A stretch of 63,619 bases of DNA, counting the filler, from Choristocarpus tenellus KU-1152 (taxonomy: Eukaryota > Protista > Phaeophyceae): assembly GCA_964200185.2 (NCBI GenBank). It is 10 parts of 10 records of this genome, joined end to end, with 100 filler letters (N's around TTAATTAATTAA, not from the genome) between each part and the next. Parts side by side here need not be neighbours in the genome. Positions count along the whole stretch, not along the records: positions 22,488 to 35,614 come from CAXNAD020001578.1; positions 35,715 to 40,208 come from CAXNAD020014307.1; 8 more parts are not named here. One strand, 5' to 3'. The position numbers and the translations under genes are program-made. Shown here one piece after another: positions 24,808-38,900 of this stretch. Positions within the stretch are counted from its first letter, which is position 1, and each line of letters begins with the position of its first letter. The notes beneath the pieces were generated by a model. The model ran no database searches. It was not told where the DNA came from and saw only the letters and a program-made list of their open reading frames with translations.

Positions 24808-27565
24808 TCTTCCAAGAGGTAATGATTGTTCCAATGGGAAAATAAACTTGGCATGTGATTTTGAGGGGAAAGAGGGAGGCATGATATTGTTTGTTGGCTA
24901 TCCTTGGATTTTGTTTTGTTACAATTGCGGCAATGGTCAGGTCCTTCATCGCACCCACTACCTGTAGAACATTTTGTGCCATTCATATGATACAGTCACC
25001 GTCTGTGATAGGAAATAGGTTTCCATTATGTACGAATAAGAGAGCAACAGAGCATTTATCTGTGGTGCATACAATTGATTGCATCTCATACATGACGGGT
25101 AGAATGTAAGAGGTTGCGTGGAGGATGAGCGTAAGTGTTCCCTGATTTTTCCTAGTTTTGCTAGATGGGAGGGGGGGTTAAAGGTGTTTGCGTGCATATG
25201 GATACACCTTGATGTTTTGTCACTCCTTGTTTCGTTTTATTTGACGAGTCTCAGCATGCATTTCTGTGTGATTCTACTGAACCTTTCTTGTTGCGGCTGC
25301 GTGAGCCTGGAGGGGTGTGATTCTAGGTACTTTGTGCTTTTTGTTCTTGATTGTGTAAAATACTGCTTGAGGAGTCAACTGACTTATTTATTTACTATCT
25401 TGAGGAAAATTTGAAGAATTTGAATTTTTGTGGGGTTTTGTTGGAACTAGAAGAGCTGCAGTAGCAGCAACAACACATTTCTTGTGGTGTGCATTGGATG
25501 CTTAGTTTATTCACTTTTGGGGGGGAGAGTTGGTACTATGTACTGCAATGTTTTTGTAGCGATTAGATCGCTGCTGTGCAATTAATTTATTTGAAATGAT
25601 ACCAGAAAATTTAATTGGTGGGCGTTCTTGCTTGGTTCTATTCCTACGTTGGATCTTGTTGAAGTAGGCTGTGAACCTGTCCTGCCCACATCAGCATGAT
25701 CAGTGTCACCATGAGTGTGCCTGCTCAGCATTCTAAAGACAGTGCAGGTTTGTACCTAGGGTATGATGTTGGTCACACAATATGAATGGTATGTCCTTCC
25801 ACATGAGGGTGGCAAGGAAGACGAAGGGGGGAATGAAAACAACGAGGCACCAGAGTCTGAGGTAAATATGCTCACCCAGGAGTTGGTTTAGAGCAAAATG
25901 AGGTAGTATCAAGTGTCTGCATCAGATATGGAATGACGAGGTTATCAAATGGTTGTGTCATGTACTGCAGATGGAAAAGAGATCAACGTAAATGAGAGAG
26001 CCAAAGTAAGCGTAAGGTACCCAGGATTTGACTGTTTTCGTTTTAACCTACTTTTCCCATCTTTTGCTATTTGCCCTTTGTATCTATGGATGAAGTCTTC
26101 AGGTAGACTTGAGAGCATTGATTTCTCTATTGTTTGAAATGTTTCAACAGAATTCAGAAAAGACCCTATACGATTTGTGCAATAAGCCGAACTCTGCGCA
26201 TTTGTCAGCATCCTTAAGAATGCAACAGTGGGTACCTCTCGTTTACTTCGACAGTGAGTATATTAAGCAAACAAATCGCACTTGGCACTTACAATAGCTC
26301 GTCTCTCTCCGTGCCCTGCAGAAACCTTCGGATTCTTCGAATCAGATGAGTGCATCATCAAGAGTCTTGAGCCATTAAAAAATATATTGGCTGATGCTCA
26401 TAAAAAAGGTCAATACTCTTAGGGCTAATCCTAGTTTTATATCAGCATTCATTAATATTGTGCCAGGAGTATAGTAGTATTTGCACCCTTGCCACATGCA
26501 CTGCTATTTGAGTGACCCCCACTGGAAGATCTGAAAAAAAGATGGTCTTGCCTGGAGCGCTTTGCTCATTCGTGCAAAGGTTTGCCAGTGGGTGACTACA
26601 GGACCTGGGCTGCCCTTCTGATTTTTTTTTAGTTTAGAGCTGTTGGTTTTACATTTGGTTGCTGTACAAAAGACAATAGTAAACGTCATACTGCGCAGAT
26701 ACTCCTTTTAAGATGTGAGGCGTTGCCTAACAGAAATTACTACTTGGAGTACTGAGTACTTTGAAGTACTGCATAGTAAATAATCTTGTTCCTGGAAACA
26801 ACAGAGTGTTGGCACGGTAGTAGTATTGTGAATGTTTTGCTCCCCTCTTGGAGAGACCTTCCTAAGCAACAGTGAGCCATTGTATCATATAGGGGTTTGT
26901 ATCGTTTGAGTAATTAGGGTCCCTTTGCGTTTTGTCAAGTGGGTAGTGCACCCTGGCGGGCAGTTTTGCACTTATGTGGAGAAAGTTTGTCCTCTTTTCC
27001 ACAGCCACAACTCCCTAAGGGGTGTTAGTTACATCTACATCTCAGGTATATGAATGTGTTCTCAGACAGAAAATTTATAGAAAAAGAGCCCTAAATTCTC
27101 AAAAAGGTCTAAATAAACCCCTCTATGATACGATGTCTCAGTAGCGAGCATTAATAGTAGTTGTAACATAAAACTCAGGACTATATTCCTCAAATTATCC
27201 TCTAAAAACAAATGGTATAAATGATACAACAGTTAGCTGAGATTCAAGACAGCGATTAATAGCACCGCCACAAAAGTGGTCAAGAAAAAATAGGAGAAAA
27301 GTGAAGAATCCGCGAAAGGACTTCATCAGCTTGCCTGAACCATCTCAGTGTCTCCATCTTGAAGTACATGGCACACCTGAACAACAGGGCTGTACTTGTT
27401 CCATTACTGAAACAATCTTACCTGCCATAGCTATACCTTCACAGCCCCCTTCCTACTAAGCACTTGCACCCTCATCCCTCATGATCATATACGAGTACTC
27501 AGTATGTGATAATAGTTTATGTAATGCTTGTGCAATTGCCATAGCTGTACCTTCACAGCCCCCTT

Positions 27566-27740
27566 GGCTCAATGTATCTAGAGGGGGTGGCGGCTGTCCA
27601 TTTGGGGCCCTTTTTTCCATGTCGCGATTTTTGGGTGACTTAGTTGCATGTATCGGGTGTGTGATGTAAGTGCACTCTTCCTGGCAAGGGCCTGAATGGA
27701 CACCCTGGTGTACACCCCCCCCCCCCAGATACTTTGGGCT
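27566..27740 (-). mobile_element. MITE family B, full copy inside a local tandem duplication
   Basis: ggctcaatgtatct...cccagatactttgggct, flanked by cctt/cctt. The empty site is present in the upstream repeat unit. Confidence 0.88.
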
Positions 27741-28162
27741 CCTTCCTACTAAGCATTTGCACCCTCATCCCTCATGTTTATATACGAGTACTCAGTATTT
27801 GTTAATAGTTGTATGTAATGCTTGTGCAATTGCTTTGCCTTGCCCTAGGTGCTGCCTTCTTTCCCTGCACATCTTACATATTCGTGCATGCATTTGTTAC
27901 ATCATATTGTGTCTAGTTGTAAAGTCATGACAAGGTGGAGGGGAGCAGATAGACATGTTTGAAAGGAAAGAAGAGTGAAACAAAGTCAAAATACTTTTAA
28001 AAGCATTATAGCTTACAAAGTACATTGGGCCAATATTCTTACCCTCAAATAATCTCAAACCTCCTCCAAGTCTGACTAATTGGTGCACAATATCTTGCAA
28101 CCATAGCTCTAGTCAGTATAGTTCTGGCCATCTCCAACAGCAGCCAATCAGGCAGAACTGAT

Positions 28163-28436
28163 GATCCATAGGATCTTAGAGGGGGGGCAGCCGTCCATTT
28201 GGGGCCTATGTGACCCTGTAGTTGTTTTCATGTCATTTGAGTGAATGTGACAGATTTAAAGGGAATCTCCTTTATCTTAACACACACACCTTCCTTTTCT
28301 ATACCCTTGACAGGACTAAATTCAACGGAAATTCACACGTGCAATGAGCATCAAACTGGGGTATTTTACAGCAACCCATCAAGCCCCAAATGGACAAACT
28401 GGGCAAAACACTCCCCCTTCTAGGATACCACGACCC
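28163..28436 (+). mobile_element. MITE family C copy 1, TSD GAT
   Basis: gatccataggatcttagaggg...cccttctaggataccacgaccc, flanked by gat. Internally similar to 28905-29177. Confidence 0.8.
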
Positions 28437-28904
28437 GATATGTATAAGATGCACACATATATGTATTCGAAAATAAAAAGTTCTGCTGCAGTCCACTGTC
28501 ACAATAACCGGTGACCTGTGTACCCAGGCATTTGTGAGTGACTGTGCAAATATGCCATACAGTACATACACAGCACATCATCAAGTCAGGTAAGTACAAG
28601 GGGCCGGGGGGAACAACGTGAGAAGTAGAATGGAGGGAGGACAGGTACAAATATGTCAATGTCAGACGAAAAAACTCCTTTTAGATAAACAAACATATTC
28701 CATCAAAGTAAAGGAAAATGACATCAACGACTATAACAACAAGGGAGGGATACTCAAGGCAGATAAAACAAAGAGAGGGAAAGAGCAAGGGGGGATGTCG
28801 GTGGCTTGATCTGTATGTATGCATGCTCAGAGAGTTGTGCAGTCAAGCGTTGATAAAAAAAAAGTACTGGGGGATTATACAAATCGAAGTGATGCAGTGC
28901 CACT

Positions 28905-29177
28905 GGTCCATAGTATCCTAGAGGGAGGGTTAGGTGTCCATTTGGGACCTGTGTGAACATGTAGTGATTTTCATGTCATCTGAGTGAATGTTTCAAGTGT
29001 AAGGGCAATCTCCTTCATCTGAACGCACCTTCCTTTTCCACCCCCATGCCCAAACCAAATCTGAAGGAAAATAGCTTGCAAAATGGGCATCAAACTGGGA
29101 TAAAATACAAACATCATCAAGCCCCGAATGGAAAACCTGGACTATACACCCCCTCCCCCTCTAAGTTACTATGGACC
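28905..29177 (+). mobile_element. MITE family C copy 2, TSD ACT
   Basis: ggtccatagtatcctagaggg...ccctctaagttactatggacc, flanked by act. Confidence 0.85.
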
Positions 29178-30464
29178 ACTGCCGTCTTGGCCCCTCAATA
29201 AAATCACCAAAACAAGTGAGGATGCCACCAGGGCCATGGTAATACTGAGAAGATGTCCAAAAAGCAGGATAGTACCACCAATAGCATAGCTCATGTGTAA
29301 CCTTCAACCAATGATAGGATGAATCCATTGTGCCCCTTCAACCCGATGAAAGGTGTCCCTGTTCCAAACTGCAAAAATCTATCCAAAATATCGTTCAGTC
29401 TCTGATATTTTGTTAATTTAATTCTCTTAAGAAAGTATTATCTACTTAAAATACTTGGGAGGAGCGTATATTTTGAAAACTGCCAGAATCTCCGACCCTT
29501 TCTAGATTAGTTTTCATACTTCTGGGGAAAAAATTGGGGGAGGTTTGAAGGAAGAACACACTACAGCCCTAATATCGTAGCAAACCCCAAATGGGGTTTA
29601 CCATCTGAGGCTATGTACTCACTAATTTGCAGCATACAGCTCTTTCGGCATAGGCCTCTCCTTTCCTCTTCCCCTGGTTGACTCACCCTCACTGTTACAC
29701 ACGTTGAAATGTTATCCGAGGGATGGAAGGCGTTTGTTTTCTGTGAATTTAAACAGTAAGAATTTGGGGCTGAAGTGTAGTAAGGTCCACTCTGTGTTAT
29801 GAAATACTTTTAATATGAGAGGTAAGACAAATAAAGGTTCAAAATACACAACCTCAGGCATGGACCGCAGGGTACCCCTGTACAACCACAAGGGCCAAGC
29901 ACTTTTCACATCTTGGGCAGCAAATATGATCAGAACACAGTGTCAATACTAGGTGTTAACATCTCACCAAATGTCATGAACATGTATTGAACTTGAGTTT
30001 TATGAGAGATATAACATGTTACGTATGTTTGTGTGTCTCTTGACTGTTATGGGTAAAACATAGCGTTGAGATTTTCATTGTCCAAGATGCGATGTTAATA
30101 ATTAGGAATGTTCTTGCTCATAAATCAAAATGGTAGCTTAGTACCATACAGTCTCTATCATTGATAAAATTCGTCCAATCTCCCTGTCCCTCCACTCCCA
30201 CCTATTCACTCACCCCTATACAGCTGTTCACAGTGTACAAAAAAGCAGTGATCCAGAACATCCTTACACATACGCTATAAAAGACTCAACAAGAATTTAC
30301 AAAGCCACAAAAGGAGCCAAAGAAGATCTTGCATCTAAAAAAAATGGTTCAGAGAGCTTCACAGTACTACTCAAGAATCAAGCCCTGACCCCCCTACAAC
30401 CTCTATGTTCCATTGAGCTATCTACACTCTAGCTATCGCTGTTTCCCCTCCCACACTCCCTCAC

Positions 30465-32368
30465 CTGAACCTGCCAAGGTCTCCCCCTTTGCCCACAATG
30501 TCCCGGCCCAGCCCCGATAGCATTGATCCTGTCCCCATGCCCATTGCCCTTGAGCTATGACCAACAGAGGTCATGTCCTCCATAGCCACCCAAGGCCCTG
30601 AAACCCCAGTTTGAGGCTCTGTGGCGCCACTGCATCCCCTTTCCCCAGTTGGCAATAGTCCCTTTTTACTATGGGCCCAACCCAGTCCACATTGTTCGTA
30701 GGCTGGGATGACATGACGCTTGCCTGCGGTGTGCTGGTATCTGTAGGAGAAGGATTGGTTATGGGTTTGGGGGGGGAATAAGAGTACCATATTTCAGGTG
30801 GAACATGTGTGGGAGATTGCGAGCAGTGAGTGGCGGCTGTTGGTGGTGTGGAGCCAACTGAGGTCTTGAGAGACTTCTAAGATATTTGATGAGGGCAGCC
30901 CTGTCATGGTGTGGCCTGTAGCAGGAACAAAAAGCAAAGGTACATGGTGCTGTTTGCACAAGGATCGTAGAGAGGAAGAGAAGAACAAAGGGAGGGAAAG
31001 GAGAAAAGTGCAAACGATTCGAATTGTCAGGATGCAAGATCGAAAACACCTTTCTAAAAGAAAACGTACCGGCTTTTCTCTGTCTTGAGGACTAATGGCG
31101 TCGCCTCGTGCTGGGAAGCTGCCTGGTACGTTGTCTTAAAGCGCTCTAACTGATCTTCTCTCTTGTCCAGGGGGGTTGGACCTGCCTTCTCCATACATGT
31201 GCCCACCTGTGAAAATGGTAGAGGACAACGGGTGGTGGTGTGGTGAGAAATGTTGGATTGTGTTGGTGTGTAAGTATTAGGTATGTGTATGACATCAGCT
31301 GTTTTGATTTGCATGATGTAACTTGCTTTGCAGCTGTTGCATGGGTTGCAATTGTGCCCCAATACATATAAATAAGCTATGCAGTAATCCACCGTGGACA
31401 CAGATATAGAGAGGGGGGGGGAGGGTGACAGGGAAAGAGATTTTCTGCCCCAACATGATGGTAGATTTTCTTCCTCCACGCCCAAACAAAAGCATCAAGA
31501 ACAGACTCTGCTCTTTTGCTCACAGCTTTTTGTGATTTTAGCGATTTGCTATATCTGATCCATAATATATATATCACAGTACAAATGATATCAGATTTCT
31601 TTTAGTCCTCAATACTTGAGGACATCGATCTATCCAACATACTCCGCATATACCTATTCTATGAGTCTACGAGCAACGATAAAGGTGTGAATTCTTGCAG
31701 GGGCCATCCTCCTTGTAATATTCATGAGAGCATCGGTTTGTTGAAGGAGTCAACTGCGTTTGGAATGAGAGCTGAGTGGAATCGCACCATTCTGGAAGGG
31801 CAAGGTCTTCTTCGAGGTCGGAAGACGTCGGCGGTCTTCGAGTCTGGGGCTGGTGTGATACCATGCTCCTCTGTCCTGGTAATGTTCTGTGACGCATGTT
31901 AGGGCATGAAGTCTTCAAATTCGCGGATGAGGAGGGATTTATCGCTGTACAGTGGAAACGTGTAGTATGGGGGAAGAACATACATCCTGGACAGGTTGAG
32001 CGGGACCAGATCTCCAACATTATTTGGAGGTGACGTGGTTGGACTATTGTAGCTGTCATACTAGATGGAGTGTAAACAGTTGGCAGGGAGAGATTTGTCT
32101 AGACCACCAAACCGACCTCTCTATGAGCAATGGGGTTCACTCCCATCTTGCGACCTGAAGATCCTTTCGGTACAAACCCTGACCAGTCGGCTGCTCCGTT
32201 CATAGGGTCGTAGGCGACGTTGAAATGACCGGCTTCCCGTGTGTTGAAAGAACCCAACGAAGGTGGTGGAGCCGATGTTGGCTTGGTATAAGAGAAAGGC
32301 TCACTTTCCCGAAAAGCATCGAACTTGCCCCGCGATATTTCTTCCTGGAGCCACGCCTGCCCCGTCAT
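30465..32368 (-). CDS. Hypothetical spliced gene, exons 32368-32117, 31206-31070, 30740-30465; 3' exon unresolved (~29700-29910)
   Basis: Three open segments join through GT/AG sites with consistent phases (0, 2, 2) and good polypyrimidine acceptors (ttttcacag, ttctcctacag). No family recognised. Confidence 0.55.
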
Positions 32369-33002
32369 CAAGAGTTGTAGGGTCCAAGGTCCCCCTTGTT
32401 GGAAACTTTACGCAAGAATTACTTTAGCATAATACGTAGACTAGATCTTGCTATACATCATGAGTTACGTAGATTTAGTATGAATATTTGTTGCCCCCTA
32501 AAGCCAGCAACGAGAAGGGTGATCACTGTGATCTATCTTCAATTTTGATAGAAAATATGTAGACCTTGCATAAATAACAGTCACCTCAGTAATAGCGAAA
32601 GGGCATAGTGTAAAGTTGTCATCCAGCAACCTAGTATTCAAAGTATTTCTCACCCTCTCCATTTAGATAAGAGATTCCAAGTTCTATAGAAGGAATATCT
32701 TCATCTATATCTTCCCCTTCTTCTGTTCCATGGTTGTGAGTACTAGAAGTAGGTGTTATATTGAAACTTTAGAGAATATATATATATTTTTTGTTCAATT
32801 CAAGTTTCATAGATGTATTAAGTACACCCTACCTACGTGTCAACATGATTGAAACGTAGATATAAATAAAACAAAGGTTTTTCTCGATTATTAAAAGTTC
32901 CAAACGACCATGAAGACCATTAACCATCATTCATTCCAGTAAGAAGTGGTGTACAATAAATTTTGGTTGAAGATAGTGCGATAAAGAATATATTGTAGGA
33001 AA

Positions 33003-33170
33003 GGAGTAGTTAAATCCCGGCTACGCCAAGTTGTTTCGGTGACTACGCAAGTGGTATTGTTTCGACGTGTCATGCGCTTTAAACTAGAGTCACCAGGGAG
33101 ATGGGCACAGAGGGGTTTGTTGGATTCTTGGGATGCCTCCCTAGCTCCCCTCCCCGGAGTAGGTAGATAG
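33003..33170 (+). mobile_element. 5'-truncated 3' end of an RLE-type (CRE/NeSL-like) non-LTR retrotransposon; other copies at 49880-50060 (-), 61160-61240 (+), 62925-63095 (-)
   Basis: Four dispersed similar copies encode all or part of GVVKSRLRQ(V/I)VSVTTQV.LSRRVMRFKLE.P.GWA.RGL.DSWDASL, which resembles the terminal helix of RLE-clade ORFs. The clade call is from memory. Confidence 0.6.
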
Positions 33171-33249
33171 GAAGCACAGGAAGACAGTAGTATAATATTG
33201 ACAATGGTGAAGGAACTGTTAGATTAGTGGTGGTTTTCACATTTACAGT

Positions 33250-34035
33250 GTTTTATAGTGTTTTGTTTTGCTCACGAATTCTGGAATATTATTGTCAATT
33301 TATCCCTTGTTTGCCATTCCCCTATTCTCCAGTCCTCTCCTGACTTCCTATTTACCCCCATTTAAATTTGATGACCAACCAGTGTGAATGCCCTTCATCA
33401 CTGATTGCCAGCCATCCCCCACCTTTGATGACCAACCAGTGCGAATGCCCTTCATCACTGATTGCCAGCCATTCCACCTTTCAACCCATACAAGTTACCG
33501 CTCCCCTCAACCCCACACAGTAGTTCTCACACCACTCAACACCACTCCTCAATCATCCATCAAAACTCCTTCATGATCCACACAAGTTACTACTCCCCTC
33601 AACCCCACAGCAGTTCTTCACACCACTCAACACCACTCCACAATCATGCAAGAACACCCCTTCATGATCCACTTCAAACCGTGCCTTTGAGCGAGAAGAC
33701 ATCTACCCCGCCGGAACTTGACCTCCCCTCCCCCCCCCTTTCCCAGTGTTCCCGTCATTCGTGAGCAAGCTACAGGGTGGGTGGGTGGGTGGGAGAGCTT
33801 GCTCGGAGGTTGCCTTGGTCTCCCCTCCTCGTCTTATACTCCTGGTTTTCTTCCCTTTTATCACTGACTGGATGCTGTTTCTACCACTCATTTCCATTAA
33901 CCTCCTCTTCCTTTCTTTAACTATTCGTTCTCTTCCTGCTTTCTTCTTTCTCTTTCCCTTGCCCACGCTTGTCCTTTGCCCCCAGCCAACCAGAATTCTT
34001 CCGCCCACAAAACTCAGATTATTTCATAAACTCTC
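33250..34035 (+). repeat. Dispersed minisatellite-rich repeat; longer reverse copy at 41236-42650, partial copy at 50990-51180
   Basis: Shared blocks: gctcacgaattctgga, tgatgaccaaccagtg units, cacca(c/t)tcaa units, gaagacatctaccc..ccg.aacttgacctccc, and ccaaccagaattcttccgcccacaaaactcagatta. Confidence 0.8.
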
Positions 34036-34084
34036 ACATTCACATTTATGATATTTATTTCTTTAGGACTAATAATGACATATG

Positions 34085-34142
34085 TATAGCTTTCATTGGT
34101 TTTCCCCTGACACATCTGGAAAATGTCAGAGGGCATAATAAT
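34085..34142 (-). repeat. Short dispersed hairpin repeat (tgccctctgacattttgcagatgtgtcagggg..ccaatgaaa); also at 42505-42555, 48066-48092, 49475-49530, 62756-62800
   Basis: Five similar copies with a ctgaca/tgtcag stem and AT-rich flanks; probably a retroelement 3' end. Confidence 0.75.
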
Positions 34143-34862
34143 AATATAGAATACTTATTTTACGTGATACAAGATAACCTAGATCATAATCGAAAAGGGA
34201 AGTTATTTTAAAATCAAATTTAAAATCAAATTTAAAATCAAATTTAAAATTTACTTTATCTTATTATAGCATCTCAAGAAGTAAAATCATCATTTAAACT
34301 GCTATTAAGAGTACCTATCGTAAGGAGTAATGGGTGTTTATCGTCAAATCCACCCCCCAACCTTCCCTTCCACCTATACGACAAACGATGTGTTCTGAAC
34401 AATATTATTTTTGAGAAGGGATGGTCGACTCAGAAGGTGATTTGTTTATATATATGCCATTTGGAGGGGCCATGGCCTGTGATGTCTCTATTGCAACGAA
34501 TTTTGATTTTCCTGTTCGTTTATAGTGCGTTTCTGTGGCGGCATGGTTCACTCATATACGGCAGTGAAGAAAACCACTAGGCAAGACAGACCAGACGGAC
34601 GAAGAGGAACTGTAACAAAGCAGATGATGTAAGTAATGTAGGAACAAGAGAGAAGAGTGAGGATTGATGAGGATCGACCATCACAGTGACAGGATGTGAG
34701 GTCAAACGGTCATCATCGACTATTGGTACCTCTAAATGAAGAGGAGCCCACTTGTGGGACTGGTCTCTTGAAGATATTTCCATGAACTATCACTATTCAG
34801 AGAGATCCTCAACTCCAACCAATCATTTCTTATTAGGAACGTCGTGTACCACCAAGATTACA

Positions 34863-35498
34863 TCACTGCCAATGTTTGCCGGAAAGCTGGGCGAAGACTT
34901 CTACTCCTTTGTGGTGAGCGCTCAGGTCACGCTTGGCGTTCATGGTTGTACAACAGCCCTTCATGGCCCTGATATTATCTGTGGGGGGCCCATCTGTGCA
35001 GTGGATATGGAATCACCGAGTTCGCTGAGTGACGAAGACGACGACGTGGAGCGACCTCCAACAGTACCTGTTCCTGTTATGGCCAGCAACACGGACCTTC
35101 AACTGGCAACTAAACGGGCAAGGAAAGCGTGGCAGCTGATGCTGATCATGCTGCAAGGTCATGCCTTGCATGTGTTTATTGCGCCTGGGTCTCCGAGTGC
35201 AGGGTGGAGCGCCCTTGATGTGGCGTTCATGCCAAAAACCCGCCAGGAGGCCAGGCACATACGCTAGGAGCTGGATCGCCTGACTATTGACGACAGGAAG
35301 GACCCGTCGCCAGGGCTTACAGAGTTATCAAGATTAACTACGAGACTGGAGTCGATGGGAGAGGTGATAGCAGAAGAGACCAAGGTGGCGACCATTCTGA
35401 ACAAGCTTGGGGGGAACTACTCTCAAGTCAAGAGCTTAGTAGATTACGGTAAAATGAAGACGGTGAAGGAGGTTGAAGATATGGTGTTGGAGAGGTAA
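34863..35498 (+). mobile_element. Ty1/copia LTR-retrotransposon gag remnant with an in-frame stop at 35265
   Basis: LPMFAGKLGEDFYSF...AWQLMLIMLQGHAL..SPSAGWSALDVAFMPKT...*ELDRLTIDDRKDP...RLESMGEVIAEETKVATILNKLGGNYSQVK fits the Retrotran_gag_2/UBN2 pattern. Confidence 0.8.
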
Positions 35499-35924
35499 TG
35501 CTATTTATCTGTAGTGAATGAAGACAAGAAGATGTGAAGCCTCACACGGTTCCCTATTGCTGAACGTGATTATATGGTTGATATTAGAAGAGTGACGTTT
35601 GTGGGGTGTCTTCTNNNNNNNNNNNNNNNNNNNNNNNNNNNNNNNNNNNNNNNNNNNNTTAATTAATTAANNNNNNNNNNNNNNNNNNNNNNNNNNNNNN
35701 NNNNNNNNNNNNNNTCAAGCCCATCCTCAATGAAAAGCTCCATCCTCAATTTTTGAAATCGGCTGTTAACAGCCAAGATTTAATCAAAATCGCAACATTG
35801 GATTTTGCCCCTAACAGACAACAGAATCTCCCATCGGTCAGTCTTCATTTCAATTCATTCCCTTCATAGATACCAAGCAGACCTCTTAGTTGCCCATCCC
35901 CATCACACTAACCCAATCTTTGCC

Positions 35925-38900
35925 ATGTCGAACATTCCAAGAACAACCCACCCGCCCGCCGATGGGAAAAGTTTGGAATCCAGAACGCAGGACCTACCCT
36001 GTACTGGCATGTCCCAGCTACTGCATAAACATTTTCTGGGGTCATACAAGATGAAACTAGGACACGTCACATGCACAGATATGGTGCGTCCTCTAAGCGA
36101 GCGTGGCCTTGCGCGCGTTGAAAAGTCTATAAAGGAGAAAGGCTGGCTGGATCAGTTTGCTCCAACTGTTGTCATCCAGCGAGAAAGTTTAGGTAATATG
36201 GATGAGCTAAACGCCGAAGCTGCGCTTGCCATTGAAGGGCGTGTATTGGACGGAAACCATAGAGTAACGGTGCTGAAGAGAGCGTATGGTCCAGAGCACG
36301 CTTTGACCATGCGGATCTACATGGAGTTCGAGTATTCGGATGAGAGGGTGATTGCCAACGGTGGGTGATAGACTGTTTTCGTTGTTCCATAATCGCCTGA
36401 CCGTTCTGATCAACTAAGCACCGAAGTAAGTTGAGTGTTTTCGTTGTTCCGTGATCGCCTGATGACTATTCTGATAAACGAAGTTGTTGTCGAGTTTCCC
36501 TTGCTATGTTCATTGTCAGTCAGCCCATTGTGGATTTTTCGTTGCTCATCTTTTTTATCCCTCGTGGTATTCCTGTCCACAGCAACGTGTTTCTCGGTGC
36601 CTCAGGCCGCGTGTGTCCCGCGATCGCTCCCCACCTAACCCTTGTCCCGTTCGCCCACTGCACCGTCATGCTTACAGCACTCAACGACGCGACAGAGAGT
36701 GTGGTTGAGCGCACGTTATATGATAAGATATATTTTCAGCACAAGCTCCAAGAAGCTCTCAAGCGACAGAGGAAGAAGAAAGAAGTGTCAATAGCAGATA
36801 TCCACAAAATGTACCAAAAGGTGAGAGAGTTGTCGACATTGGTGGGATGGTCGCGCTCTACTCCTCCTCTAGTTGGGTTACAGCTGTTGCGAGATATCCC
36901 AGTGTCGAACTATTCAACCTAAGTTGAGATAGTTATCCCGCGTTTAGATACCCTGTCAACCAACTTATTGATCTTCGGGTGACCATGTAGTATGTATGTG
37001 TGGTTAACCACAGACGTGCAATGAAAATTATTTCTTGATTGTTTATCGACGGTGTTGCCTGAAACCCACCCCCCCCATACACACACATACATATAAAGTT
37101 GGCGCGGTAATAACGATGCCTCATCCTCGCTGTCTGTGTGCATAATGTTTTCCATTTTCTGCCCGTCGTGAAGGTGGGCGTTACTCCCCCGTCGAAGACA
37201 ACCTTACGAAAATGGAAGCAAGGTGTTGACTCTCTTCAACCAGAGTCCTTCGAGGCACTGAAGGAAGTGTGTCAGTCCTTGTCGCCAACGATTGACCGCA
37301 ATGCAATCTCACTAAGCTATCTCACGACCGAGGAGTTTGCTGGCTTCACTTCTCTCAAGCAGGGGCTATGCATCCAACTGCTTGCTAGGCAAGTCAAAAC
37401 GCCATCGTGTTTTATTGTGTAGGCAGCAGTATGCACAGTTTATGCAGGTCGCAGCACATTGCACAGGAGCGTGAGATAAGTGTTTCCTACGATGACGAAT
37501 TTAGTCAGCCATTGTTGTGTTGAACGAAAATCCCTTCGTAGTATTCTGGTAATTCTACAGTGCGTGTTGCCTGTGTATGGGCGCCCTTGTCTTTTAGGAA
37601 ATACGACAATCGAGTGATGAATATTTGCTGCAGTGGCGACCATTTCCTCTTGATAACCTGCGCATCGTTCTCCTTGACGCCCTTTGTGGCAATTCTATTT
37701 TAGCAGATACAAGTCGTTCTACGGGAAGCCTCCTACGACAAAGGACCACAAGGAGATCGAATTGGACGCGCACATGTCTGAGATGCTTATCTCACGCACC
37801 AGGCAGATTGTGCCCAAGGAGAAGTGGACATCAGAGCTCCAAAGGTCGGTAAATTGTGCAGTTGGTGTTTGAGTTTTTTTGTCCTTTTCCGTATCTCCTG
37901 CGCACCCATACGTCGCCATGCCCCCCTGCATTGTAAAATACACCATCAGCGTCTTTTTCTGCATCGCACTTACTGATTATTGCAAAATCGCCCTGAATTC
38001 CGGACGCTACGTGAATGATGTACGGGCTACCAGGGAAATGAACAGGCTCGCATACGAGAAGTGCAGTATGCACGAGCTCTGGGTCAAGCGCCACTATAAG
38101 GAGAGGAAGGCGGAGGTGGCCGAACTTCTGAAGAAGGTTTCATCTGGCAACCAACAGGCGGGGCCCGTCCGCCGACTGAGGGCAAACATCTCCACGATTG
38201 TTGAAATGAAACCTCTGCAACGGATCAGAGCCGTGAGTGTGCCTCCCGTGTTCGTAACTACAGCTGAAATGGCCTGTACCGAAAAAAATAGTTGATGCTT
38301 GGTAGGATTGGTTGTGGATCTTCTTCGTGATTCTGTGGCGACAAGGTTGCCTTCCATACTACAAACTTTGCTGTTTTGTCACTTCTAGTCTTTCGTTGCT
38401 AATAGCTGGAATAGCAAATAGTTTTCTTCCACTGTAGACTACGATCTTGGTCAATCTCCACCTCGTTTCTGAGTGAAAGTATCTTAGAGGGTAGGAATTT
38501 TCCCCTGTTTGTCCATTAGTGGAGATTGGCTTCCCATGGGTTTTCTTATGTCATTTTCCTACTCTGAAATATTTTAGAGTAGGTGAAATATTTTATGTTA
38601 TGAAAAGGTGTGTGTGGAACAAGGATATTGACACTCCCTAACATACACAACAGTTAAAAATTACGTCAAAATCGCAACATTGTCTTTTGACCCCCAATTG
38701 GACAAGGCTCTATTTTCTTAGATACTTTGGCTCTTCTGCCTCCAATACGCGTCACTGAAAAAAAATGTATATGATTGGCGTCCTCGACATTGACTTGTTT
38801 CGAACTATTTCGCCCCGCAAGCCGCCTCCATTAAACACGTTCACCACATCAACCATATCGTTTGCTCTGCCCGATTGACATGCTATCTTACTTCCATTAC

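Noticed and set aside
25780-26410. Cluster of short exon-like segments on the plus strand
   Set aside because: Splice signals are present, but I could not resolve one consistent frame or assign the segments to a gene.
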